Position numbers and translations under genes: made by a program. A stretch of DNA of 61,076 bases, the filler included. It is 7 parts of 7 records of this genome, joined end to end, with 100 filler letters (N's around TTAATTAATTAA, not from the genome) between each part and the next. Parts side by side here need not be neighbours in the genome. Positions count along the whole stretch, not along the records: positions 45,696 to 61,076 come from SRR31156797_26154; 6 more parts are not named here. One strand, 5' to 3'. Shown in pieces: positions 52,177 through 61,076 of the stretch (position 1 is its first letter; each line of letters starts with the position of its first letter). A model generated the notes under the pieces. That model was not told the DNA's origin and did not search any database. It was given only the letters and a program-made list of their open reading frames with translations.

Positions 52177-52614
52177 ATGGATTTTACAGCACTAACATTC
52201 GATACGCCCGTAGAAATAATTAATAAGGCATTAAGCAATAGCCTGATAGGGAGCCTGGGTATTGAGATTACAAAAATTGAAGATGGCAGCGTTGAAGGGC
52301 AGTTAAATCTTTCATCGAAAAACGCACGTCCTGATGGAATTTTACATGGAGCAGCCAATTTGGCCCTGGGAGAAACATTGGCCGGACTGGGAAGTATGCT
52401 ATTGGTAGACCTGAAAAAATCGGACGTTTTAGGCATCATTGTTAATGGTAATCACACGGGTATTTTAAAAGCCGGATTGGCTAAAGCGGTGGCAAAAATA
52501 ATTCATCGCGGCAAACAAACACATGTTTGGAATGTTGACATTTGCAATGAAGAGGGAAAGTTGATATCATCGGTTCGTGTTACCAATATGATTACGGAAA
52601 AGAATGGCAGATAA
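52177..52614 (+). CDS. menI: Hotdog thioesterase (DHNA-CoA hydrolase-like)
   Basis: GILHGAA..ET, HRGKQTHVW; first gene of the men cluster. Confidence 0.75.
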   Translation: MDFTALTFDTPVEIINKALSNSLIGSLGIEITKIEDGSVEGQLNLSSKNARPDGILHGAANLALGETLAGLGSMLLVDLKKSDVLGIIVNGNHTGILKAGLAKAVAKIIHRGKQTHVWNVDICNEEGKLISSVRVTNMITEKNGR

Positions 52615-53719
52615 AAAACAGTTAGCATTTTTAATTGACAGGCTGGTAAAAAACAACAATTCTTTTGGACTCTGGTCGATGCCGGGAGATGACAACCTTG
52701 AACTACTTATTTCTTGCCAGCAAGCATTGTACTATCCTGATCAGTTTAATCGCCTAAATGGTCAGGAGGGATTTGTTTTTGCACCTTACGAAATTAGTGA
52801 ACAGACGCCCTTAATTCTTCTTAAACCGGATATTTACAAGAAAGGACTGGAAAATATTCTTCAAACCGATCCGGCAAGCATTCCATCCTGTTCTGAAGAT
52901 CAGGAGATCGATCTTTCGCATTTTATTATCGGAAAAGAGGCTTACCTGCAAGACATAAAAAACACCATAAAAACCATAAAATCAACCAAACTTTCAAAGG
53001 CAATTGTTTCCAGAATTATTCCTGTTGAAAGAAACAACGAATCGGTAGGCGAATTGTTTGTTCAATTATTTGAACAAACACCCAATGCTTTTGTGTACCT
53101 GGTAAACTTGCCACACGCCGGATTGTGGATGGGAGCAACACCCGAGATTTTGCTCAAATCGGAAGGGCGAATGATGGAAACTGTTTCGTTGGCCGGAACT
53201 CAACAGCGACAAAATGGAACGGAATACTCGTGGAACACAAAAGACATTGAAGAACAAGCCTTTGTATCGCGTTATTTGTTGGATGTTTTTTACCGTTTTA
53301 ACATCCACCCTTATACCACAAAAGGTCCAGAAACGCTTGAAAGCGGGAAAGTAGCACATTTAATGACCAGCTTCGAATTTTCGAGAAAGAAACTGGCCAG
53401 CAACTTAGGAGATTTTATCGCGGAACTTCATCCAACTCCAGCAGTATGTGGCTACCCAAAAAGTAAAGCACACCGGTTTATTCATACCATCGAAAAACAC
53501 AACCGACGATATTATAGTGGTTTTCTTGGTCCATGGCAATTAAACAATTCAGTAAGATTATTTGTAAATTTGCGCTGCATGGAAATTATTCCCGACTACT
53601 ACATGCTCTATTCCGGCGGAGGAATTACCTCCAGGTCGGTACCAGAAGATGAATGGGAAGAAACCAATAACAAAGCCAAAACACTGTTATCGGCAATAGA
53701 AGTGATTAAAGCACAATGA
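52604..53719 (+). CDS. menF: Isochorismate synthase
   Basis: GATPE, SLAGT, LHPTPAVCG, FVNLRC, GGGIT. Confidence 0.9.
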   Translation: MADKKQLAFLIDRLVKNNNSFGLWSMPGDDNLELLISCQQALYYPDQFNRLNGQEGFVFAPYEISEQTPLILLKPDIYKKGLENILQTDPASIPSCSEDQEIDLSHFIIGKEAYLQDIKNTIKTIKSTKLSKAIVSRIIPVERNNESVGELFVQLFEQTPNAFVYLVNLPHAGLWMGATPEILLKSEGRMMETVSLAGTQQRQNGTEYSWNTKDIEEQAFVSRYLLDVFYRFNIHPYTTKGPETLESGKVAHLMTSFEFSRKKLASNLGDFIAELHPTPAVCGYPKSKAHRFIHTIEKHNRRYYSGFLGPWQLNNSVRLFVNLRCMEIIPDYYMLYSGGGITSRSVPEDEWEETNNKAKTLLSAIEVIKAQ

Positions 53720-55398
53720 TTTCAACAAAAAGACAGGTTCAACAATTAGCGGCCATACTTCACGCCAAAGGGATACACGATGTGGTTATCTCTCCTGGTT
53801 CCAGAAACGGCCCATTGATTTCCACTTTTGCCGGCTGTGGTTTGTTTCATTGTAAAAATGTGGTTGATGAAAGGAGTGCAGCCTATTTTGCTCTGGGCAT
53901 AGCTCAAGCCAAACAAAAACCAGTAGCAATAGTGTGCAGTTCGGGCACCGCAACACTAAATTTTGCGCCAGCAGTAGCCGAAGCCTTTTATCAAAATGTT
54001 CCGTTATTGATTATAACTGCCGACCGTCCTGACTACTGGATCGATCAGGCAGATAATCAATGTATTCAGCAAAAAGGCATTTACCGGAATTTTATAAAAA
54101 GTGAGTTTAGCCTACCGCTTGGAGAGTCGGAACAGGAACTTTGGTTTGCCAACCGAAAAATTAATGAAGGTATTAATGTGGCTTTAAATAATACACAGGG
54201 GCCTGTTCATTTTAATGTTCCTCTGGAAGAACCATTACACGATTTGCTGGATGATGAATTACCTTCAATTCGTATTATTAATACGGAGCAAACGGACTCT
54301 TCGTTAAGCCCGGAAACCATTCAGGAATTGGTAACTCAATTCAACCGCAGCAAAAAAGTTTTAATCCTGGCCGGACAAGAATATTCAAATTCTGCCTTGA
54401 CCAAACTACTTGATTCAATTGTTCAACAAACCGGAGCTGTTGTTTTAAAAGAACACCTGGCCAATTTATACAGTACTGATTTTTGCAGTAACATTGATGC
54501 TTTAATGGCTGCCATTTCAAGCGATAAACCGGAAGATTTTCAACCTAATCTGTTGATTAGTTTTGGTGGACAGTTTGTATCGAAAGCATTAAAACAGTTT
54601 CTACGGAAAAATAAAGCTTCGCAACATTGGCACCTTAGCCCATCCAATCAGCATTTCGATACTTACCAGTCGCTTACCAAGGTAATTAGCTGCGATGCTT
54701 TTTCGCTTTTTCAACAACTACACTCTTTGTTATCGAGTAAGGAGGATGATTATTTACAACGTTGGAGAAACAAAGAAAATGCTGTAATTAAACTGCGTAA
54801 GGAATATATTACCAAAACAACATTTTCAGACCTTACAGCAATAAATAAAATAAGCAACGCGCTACCTCAATCATCTGTCTTGCACCTGGGAAACAGTTCT
54901 CCTGTACGTTATGCCTTAATTTGTGATTCCAAAGAAAACATTGAATATTACAGCAATCGGGGTACAAGCGGTATAGACGGTTCGCTTTCTACGGCAGTGG
55001 GATTTGCCTCCGAATCAGCGAAAATAAATACCGTCCTGCTGGGTGATTTATCGTTTTTTTACGATTCAAATGCGTTATGGAATAAACACATCAAAAACAA
55101 CCTTCGCATAATCGTTATAAACAACCGCGGAGGAAATATTTTTGGGCTCATAAAAGGTCCGGGAGAATCACCGGCTTTCAAAGAGCATTTTCTGGCAGAA
55201 AATAATTTTGAGGCGAAAGGGCTGGCAAAAACCTATGGGCTCGATTATTTAAGAGCCGATGATGAAAAAGAGCTTAACAAAGCCCTAAGCGAGCTCTATG
55301 CTCCCGAAAGAAAAACACCTACCCTTCTTGAGTTTTTTACTGATGCACAAACAAATGCAGAGATCTTTCAGGGATTATTTAACGATGTAAAACAATAA
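53716..55398 (+). CDS. menD: SEPHCHC synthase
   Basis: [36 protein letters not shown]. Confidence 0.95.
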   Translation: MISTKRQVQQLAAILHAKGIHDVVISPGSRNGPLISTFAGCGLFHCKNVVDERSAAYFALGIAQAKQKPVAIVCSSGTATLNFAPAVAEAFYQNVPLLIITADRPDYWIDQADNQCIQQKGIYRNFIKSEFSLPLGESEQELWFANRKINEGINVALNNTQGPVHFNVPLEEPLHDLLDDELPSIRIINTEQTDSSLSPETIQELVTQFNRSKKVLILAGQEYSNSALTKLLDSIVQQTGAVVLKEHLANLYSTDFCSNIDALMAAISSDKPEDFQPNLLISFGGQFVSKALKQFLRKNKASQHWHLSPSNQHFDTYQSLTKVISCDAFSLFQQLHSLLSSKEDDYLQRWRNKENAVIKLRKEYITKTTFSDLTAINKISNALPQSSVLHLGNSSPVRYALICDSKENIEYYSNRGTSGIDGSLSTAVGFASESAKINTVLLGDLSFFYDSNALWNKHIKNNLRIIVINNRGGNIFGLIKGPGESPAFKEHFLAENNFEAKGLAKTYGLDYLRADDEKELNKALSELYAPERKTPTLLEFFTDAQTNAEIFQGLFNDVKQ

Positions 55399-55411
55399 AA
55401 AACAACATATA

Positions 55412-56236
55412 ATGAGAACTAAAAGACAATGGGAAACCCTTAAAGAATACGAGGATATATTTTTCGAATACTTTGATGGAATAGGAAAAATAACCATAAA
55501 CCGTGAGCATGTGCGAAATGCTTTCCGGCCAACAACAGTAAATAACATAAGCGATGCTCTTCACCTTTGCCGCGAAGACAACAGGATTAATGTTATTGTT
55601 TTAACCGGTGCCGGCGATAAAGCGTTTTGCTCTGGAGGCGATCAAAATGTGAAGGGTACAGGTGGTTATATCGATGAAAACGGTATTCCCCGTCTAAATA
55701 TTCTGGAAGTGCAAAAACAAATTCGCAGCATGCCAAAACCCGTAATTGCAATGGTTAATGGTTTTGCCATTGGTGGAGGCCATGTTTTACACGTAGTTTG
55801 CGACATAAGTATTGCCAGCGATAATGCTATTTTTGGTCAAACCGGGCCAAAGGTTGGAAGTTTTGATGCCGGACTTGGATCATCGTACCTGGCCAGTATT
55901 GTTGGTCAAAAGAAGGCACGTGAAATTTGGTTTATGTGTCGTCAGTATTCGGCGCAGGAAGCCCTGGAAATGGGATTAGTAAATAAAGTAGTTCCTTTTG
56001 ACGATTTGGAAGACGAAGTTGTTGCCTGGGCACAAAAAATGCAGGAACACAGCCCATTAGCATTACGAATGCTTAAGCTTGGTTTGAATGCCGAACTCGA
56101 CGGGCAGATCGGAATCCAGGAATTTGCAGGAAATGCTACGCTTCTTTATTATTTAACCGAAGAAGCACAGGAAGGGAAACATGCCTTCCTCGAAAAACGC
56201 AAACCGGACTTTAACAAATACCCAAAATTTCCATAA
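55412..56236 (+). CDS. menB: 1,4-dihydroxy-2-naphthoyl-CoA synthase
   Basis: [28 protein letters not shown]. Confidence 0.97.
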   Translation: MRTKRQWETLKEYEDIFFEYFDGIGKITINREHVRNAFRPTTVNNISDALHLCREDNRINVIVLTGAGDKAFCSGGDQNVKGTGGYIDENGIPRLNILEVQKQIRSMPKPVIAMVNGFAIGGGHVLHVVCDISIASDNAIFGQTGPKVGSFDAGLGSSYLASIVGQKKAREIWFMCRQYSAQEALEMGLVNKVVPFDDLEDEVVAWAQKMQEHSPLALRMLKLGLNAELDGQIGIQEFAGNATLLYYLTEEAQEGKHAFLEKRKPDFNKYPKFP

Positions 56237-56264
56237 ATAGTATTTTAAAGGATCTAAATCAGAT

Positions 56265-57173
56265 ATGGCATCACCAAAAAGCTGGTTAAAAGCCGCCCGA
56301 CTTCGTACCTTACCCCTGGCATTATCGGGGATAATTATGGGATCGGCACTTGCTGCATTTTATGGCTCTTTTAAGCTCTCGGTTTTTGTTTTGGCGGTAT
56401 TAACTGCCACTTTTATTCAGATATTTTCCAATTTTGCCAACGATTACGGCGACTTTCAAAAAGGCACCGACAACCAACAACGACTGGGGCCAACCCGCAC
56501 CATGCAGGGAGGAGAAATCTCGGTGAAAGAAATGAAACAAGGCATGTTCCTTATTGGTGGCTTAAGTTTTATACTGGGAATTCTTTTGGTCTATTTTGGA
56601 ACCTGGCAACAAAGTCCAACTGCTTTTTTTGTTTTTATTGGCTTGGGCATTCTGGCTTTATTGGCTGCCTATTTTTATACAGCAGGGAAAAGATCGTACG
56701 GTTATGTTGGTTTGGGAGATCTGGCGGTATTCCTCTTTTTTGGATTGTTACCGGTTATCGGTGTATTTTTTCTGCACAGCGCAATGTTCAAACCGACGAT
56801 TATACTACCGGCTACTTGCATGGGGCTTTTTAGCACAGGAGTACTCAACCTTAACAACATGCGCGACATTGAAAACGACCGCAATTCCGGTAAAATTACC
56901 CTGGCCGTTAAACTCGGAAAAGACAAAAGCAGACTGTACCACAATTTTCTAATTTCAGGTGCCTGGCTAACGATATTACTTTATACCATGCTAAACAAAC
57001 AGTCTTATTGGCAATGGATATTTCTGCTAATAGCACCTGTATTTCTTTCCGATTTATTAAAAATAGCGCAAATAAGCGATAACCAAAATCTGGATCCGTT
57101 TTTAAAACGATTGGCCTTACAAACCTTAGGAATTACTCTTTTGTTTTCATTGGGATTAATATTAGCAAGCTGA
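56265..57173 (+). CDS. menA: DHNA polyprenyltransferase
   Basis: ARLRTLPL, NFANDYGD..KGTD, NNMRDIEND. Confidence 0.95.
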   Translation: MASPKSWLKAARLRTLPLALSGIIMGSALAAFYGSFKLSVFVLAVLTATFIQIFSNFANDYGDFQKGTDNQQRLGPTRTMQGGEISVKEMKQGMFLIGGLSFILGILLVYFGTWQQSPTAFFVFIGLGILALLAAYFYTAGKRSYGYVGLGDLAVFLFFGLLPVIGVFFLHSAMFKPTIILPATCMGLFSTGVLNLNNMRDIENDRNSGKITLAVKLGKDKSRLYHNFLISGAWLTILLYTMLNKQSYWQWIFLLIAPVFLSDLLKIAQISDNQNLDPFLKRLALQTLGITLLFSLGLILAS

Positions 57174-58195
57174 TGAATGCTTCCTTTAAAAAATACGAAC
57201 TACTTTTTAAACAAGCTGCCGGAACATCGCGGGGGGTGCTAAAGAAACGTATCGTGTGGTTTTTGTTTCTAGAAAAGAACGGCAGAACCGGACTTGGCGA
57301 ATGTGCTCCCTTACCGGGTTTAAGCAAAGAAACACCCGAAGAAGTTGAGGCCGCTATAATAAAATTGTGTTCCTCTCCCGAGCGCTTTATACAAAACAAG
57401 AAGCTTTTAGTAAACATACCTTCCTTACGATTTGCCCTGGAAACCGCTTTGGCAGATCTTGAAAACGGTGGCAACAGAATTCTTTTTCCATCTGCATTTA
57501 CTAATGGAAAGAAAGGTATTCCGATTAACGGATTGATCTGGATGGGTGAGATTAATTTCATGCAAAAACAGATTGAAGAAAAACTAGATGCGGGATTTAA
57601 CTGTATAAAAATTAAAATTGGCGCAATAGAATTTGAGGATGAGTTAAAGCTTCTGCAAGCAATTCGCAAGCAATTCTCTCCGGAACAGATTATTTTACGG
57701 GTTGATGCCAATGGAGCTTTTAATCCTGCAGAAGCAGATAAACTCAACAAGCTGGCAGCTCTGGAAATCCATTCCATTGAACAACCGATCAAAGCAGGTG
57801 ACTGGAAAAAAATGGGGCAATTGTGTAAAAACACACCGCTCCCCATTGCTTTAGATGAAGAATTGATTGGGATTAATACACGTAACGAAAAAAAACAACT
57901 TTTGGATGAAATCAATCCGCAATTTCTGGTGTTAAAACCCAGTTTGCATGGAGGGAAATCAGGTTGCGACGAATGGATTGAGTTAGCGGAAGAAAGATCA
58001 ATCGGCTGGTGGATTACTTCTTACCTCGAGTCGAATATCGGGCTAAATGCCATTGCACAATGGACTTTTACAAAACAAGTAAAAGCGCATCAGGGATTGG
58101 GAACCGGCCAACTTTTCACCAATAATATTAACTCGCCCCTTGAGATTCGGGGTGAACAGCTATGGTTTAATCCGTCAAAATCTTTTGGACTATAA
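57173..58195 (+). CDS. menC: o-succinylbenzoate synthase
   Basis: GECAPLPGLS, KIKIG, VDANG, IEQP, ALDEE. Confidence 0.92.
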   Translation: MNASFKKYELLFKQAAGTSRGVLKKRIVWFLFLEKNGRTGLGECAPLPGLSKETPEEVEAAIIKLCSSPERFIQNKKLLVNIPSLRFALETALADLENGGNRILFPSAFTNGKKGIPINGLIWMGEINFMQKQIEEKLDAGFNCIKIKIGAIEFEDELKLLQAIRKQFSPEQIILRVDANGAFNPAEADKLNKLAALEIHSIEQPIKAGDWKKMGQLCKNTPLPIALDEELIGINTRNEKKQLLDEINPQFLVLKPSLHGGKSGCDEWIELAEERSIGWWITSYLESNIGLNAIAQWTFTKQVKAHQGLGTGQLFTNNINSPLEIRGEQLWFNPSKSFGL

Positions 58196-58198
58196 TGC

Positions 58199-59272
58199 AT
58201 GGAACTGTTCCCGTCACATATCATTATTAATGGGCAAGAAACGACAGTGGATAGTTTGCTCCAAAACTCAGCTGAAAAAACGGAATGGGAAAAACATTGG
58301 TTTGCTTTTTTGCGGGAATGGTATAATCCCCAAAAATATATCGAGGTTCAAACTTCCGGAAGCACCGGAACTCCCAAAACAATTTGTTTACAAAAACAAT
58401 TTGTGGCTGAAAGTGCCCAACGAACGATTCTGTTCTTCAAGCTTAAAAAAGGCGACCGCATATTGCATTGTCTTCCCTGCAATTTTATCGCCGGGAAATT
58501 AATGATCGTACGCGCCCTTTTGGGTGAATTGGACCTGCACCCTGTTGATCCGGCTACAAATTTTGATTTTTTACAACAAAAAGAACCATTCCGCTTTGCA
58601 GCGATGGTGGTAAATCAGGCAAAAAAGTACGTGGATCTTTCAAGCAAAAAAGTTGAACATCTATTGCTTGGCGGATCAGCTATTCCAAAAACACTGGAAG
58701 AGCAACTGCAGCAGCATCCAACCTTATGCTATTCGAGTTATGCCATGACCGAAACGGCAACACACATTGCTTTACGCCAACTAAACGGTAAGCAAAAAAG
58801 CGATACCTATCATTGCCTGGAAAACATCACCGTTGACCTTAATGAGAATAGATGTATTCGAATAGCGATGCCGGGATTGGCAGGAGGCTCAATTGAAACC
58901 AACGACCTTGGAGAACTTAAAAACAACACAACTTTTAAAGTGCTGGGCAGAGCAGATAATGTAATCATATCAGGCGGAATAAAATTTATACCCGAACAGA
59001 TTGAGGAAAAACTTCAGCAATATATTCCTTTGCCCATTGTTATTACTTCGATGCCCGATGAGCAATTGGGCGAGAAACTGATTCTTGTAACAGAAGGCAA
59101 ACAAGACTTGCAAGTTCAATCTGCCATTGAAACAAAATTCAAATCGCAACTGTCCAGGTACGAAAGACCCAAACAGATTATCTTTATCAATATGATCCCG
59201 AAAACAAAAAACGGGAAAGTGAACCGAAAGCAACTTAAGCAACAGCTAACAAACACTTATCCGAATACTTAA
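58199..59272 (+). CDS. menE: o-succinylbenzoate-CoA ligase
   Basis: TSGSTGTPK, YAMTET, TNDLG, GRADNVIISGG. Confidence 0.9.
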   Translation: MELFPSHIIINGQETTVDSLLQNSAEKTEWEKHWFAFLREWYNPQKYIEVQTSGSTGTPKTICLQKQFVAESAQRTILFFKLKKGDRILHCLPCNFIAGKLMIVRALLGELDLHPVDPATNFDFLQQKEPFRFAAMVVNQAKKYVDLSSKKVEHLLLGGSAIPKTLEEQLQQHPTLCYSSYAMTETATHIALRQLNGKQKSDTYHCLENITVDLNENRCIRIAMPGLAGGSIETNDLGELKNNTTFKVLGRADNVIISGGIKFIPEQIEEKLQQYIPLPIVITSMPDEQLGEKLILVTEGKQDLQVQSAIETKFKSQLSRYERPKQIIFINMIPKTKNGKVNRKQLKQQLTNTYPNT

Positions 59273-59347
59273 TCCAAATTACTTTAAAATGCCTGAACAA
59301 TAAACTTGTTAGCTTTGTTTCACCTTATTCGAAAAAACAAAAATCAA

Positions 59348-60157
59348 ATGGAGAAATTATTAGAATATAATCCGGTACTTCTAGCTCTTGGAGCTACACT
59401 TTTTACCTGGTTTTTAACTGCAGCCGGGGCGTCAATGGTTTTCTTTTTTAAATCGATAAACAAAAAAATACTAAACTCGATGCTCGGTTTCGCAGCAGGT
59501 GTAATGATTGCGGCCAGCTTTTGGTCTTTGTTAAAGCCTGCTATCGAGATGACAGAAACACAGGGAGGACTTCCATGGGTACCAGCAGTTGTTGGATTTT
59601 TGGCGGGTGGTGCTTTTCTTTTGCTAATCGATAAAATCCTGCCCCACCTTCACCTTGGTTTGTCAATCGATAAGGCCGAAGGTATAAAAACAAGCTGGCA
59701 GCGCAGCATTCTTCTGGTACTGGCAATTACTTTGCACAACATTCCTGAAGGACTAGCTGTGGGCGTTGCGTTTGGAGCCTTGGCCAATAATCCCGATATG
59801 GGGATACTTACCGGGGCTGTTGCGCTGGCGCTTGGTATCGGAATACAAAACTTCCCCGAAGGAGCTGCAGTTTCTATCCCCTTGCGCAGAGAAGGACTGT
59901 CGCGATGGAAGTCGTTTAATTATGGACAACTATCAGGAGTTGTTGAACCTTTAGCCGGAGTATTGGGAGCTTACCTTGTTTTATCCATCGAGCCGTTGCT
60001 GCCTTATGCGCTATCGTTTGCTGCCGGAGCTATGATTTTTGTGGTTGTAGAAGAGTTGATTCCTGAATCTCAAAACGGCAATGAAACCGATTTATCGACC
60101 ATTGGTGCCATGTTGGGTTTTGCCACCATGATGCTGCTTGATGTGGCATTGGGATAA
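59348..60157 (+). CDS. ZIP family metal transporter (ZupT/GufA)
   Basis: LHNIPEGLAVG, IQNFPEG, ELIPES; TAGCTTTG -7 element at 59310-59317. Confidence 0.93.
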   Translation: MEKLLEYNPVLLALGATLFTWFLTAAGASMVFFFKSINKKILNSMLGFAAGVMIAASFWSLLKPAIEMTETQGGLPWVPAVVGFLAGGAFLLLIDKILPHLHLGLSIDKAEGIKTSWQRSILLVLAITLHNIPEGLAVGVAFGALANNPDMGILTGAVALALGIGIQNFPEGAAVSIPLRREGLSRWKSFNYGQLSGVVEPLAGVLGAYLVLSIEPLLPYALSFAAGAMIFVVVEELIPESQNGNETDLSTIGAMLGFATMMLLDVALG

Positions 60158-60320
60158 AGCTACCAGGTGATTAATAAACTTCAGATGAAGTTAGGTTGTG
60201 GGTGTAAACAACAAGTTATAATACCTTTAAACGAGGTGTTTTTTCATAAAAAACACATGATTTCCGGGAATTACGAACAGGAATAAAAGGATGCCAATAA
60301 TGCCAGGATGAAATTTTCAG

Positions 60321-60363
60321 AAAAAAGGCTGCATCCCTATTTTTTTAAAGTGATGCAGCCTTT
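60321..60363. terminator. Terminator between the convergent ZIP and FprA genes
   Basis: aaaggctgcatc..gatgcagccttt inverted repeat. Confidence 0.65.
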
Positions 60364-60385
60364 CCAGTTATTCTGAAATAATGAT

Positions 60386-61076
60386 TTACATTTTTTCAGC
60401 GGGAGGCATTTCCAATAATTTATCGGCCATTGCATCAGCCAATTTTATCAATTCTTCCTGTGTTGCTAATTTCATATTGCCTTTCTCTTCAATCGGCTCA
60501 TAAACCATATCCCATTTAATTTTCTCGGCAAACGTTTTTAGGTTTTTAACGCCACCACCGTTCCACGAGTAATTTCCGAAAATACCCAGATAGTGGTTTT
60601 TAGGTCCCATATGCTCAATGGTAGTAAGCAATGTTTCAACATTAGGGAACATGGCATTGTTATAAGCCGCACTACCCACAATAAATCCTTTGTATTTAAA
60701 AATGTCGTTGATGATGTAGGAAGAGTGCGTTTTTGAAGCATCGTAAACACGAATATTTTTAATGCCGCGAACCGCAATCTGACGGGCAATCGTTTCTGCC
60801 ATTTTTTTGGTATTGCCGTACATCGAACCGTAAACGATAACCACACCACGATCCAGGTCGTACGAACTCCATTTATTGTAACGTTTTAAAATCCAATTTA
60901 AATCGCTGCGCCAAATTGGGCCATGGGTTGCTGCGATCATTTTTATATCGATACCAGCCAGTTTTTTAATGGCGCGCTGGGTATGCGGACAATATTTACC
61001 TACAATATTGGTAAAATAACGCATCACTTCTACTTCGTAAAAGTCAAGGTTAATTTCGTCGTCGAAAATACCACCG
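60386..61076 (-). CDS. FprA family flavodiiron protein, C-terminal part
   Basis: THGPIWR, YGSMYGNT flavodoxin loop, FGNYSWNGG. Confidence 0.9.
   Translation of the reverse strand, partial: GGIFDDEINLDFYEVEVMRYFTNIVGKYCPHTQRAIKKLAGIDIKMIAATHGPIWRSDLNWILKRYNKWSSYDLDRGVVIVYGSMYGNTKKMAETIARQIAVRGIKNIRVYDASKTHSSYIINDIFKYKGFIVGSAAYNNAMFPNVETLLTTIEHMGPKNHYLGIFGNYSWNGGGVKNLKTFAEKIKWDMVYEPIEEKGNMKLATQEELIKLADAMADKLLEMPPAEKM

Overview
The window is not one locus. It is seven unrelated contigs joined by identical 100-nt artificial linkers (N44-TTAATTAATTAA-N44). (1) 1-8411, Bacteroidota: tsaB, DUF3108, efp, PP2C phosphatase, YfhO, glyQS. (2) 8512-14188, Desulfobacterales-like: hdrA start, receiver protein, PAS sigma54 activator, glycosyltransferases. 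(3) 14289-24476, Rhodospirillales-like: cell-wall hydrolase and holin cassette, an AT-rich DUF3800 insert, scpA, gcrA, gluQ, HNH, rpsD. (4) 24577-31083, Desulfobacter-like: four-VFT hybrid kinase and acyl-CoA ligase. (5) 31184-39882, Alphaproteobacteria: signalling genes and a ROK/TRAP locus. (6) 39983-45595, phage or prophage late region: endolysin, holin-like gene, tail fibre, large polyvalent protein. (7) 45696-61076, Bacteroidota: RND pump, men cluster, ZIP, FprA. The best candidate for an undescribed system is in contig 6. Four divergent copies of a ~100-nt structured RNA lie antisense inside or just after the polyvalent protein gene. Each has its own sigma70-like promoter, the helices covary between copies, and one copy abuts a putative PBECR-like RNase domain. 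This suggests embedded RNA antitoxins or cofactors. The second candidate is a promoter / three-way-junction RNA / terminator / DUF3800 cassette resembling a type III toxin-antitoxin locus. All structures were paired by eye and all family calls come from motif recognition, not database searches.
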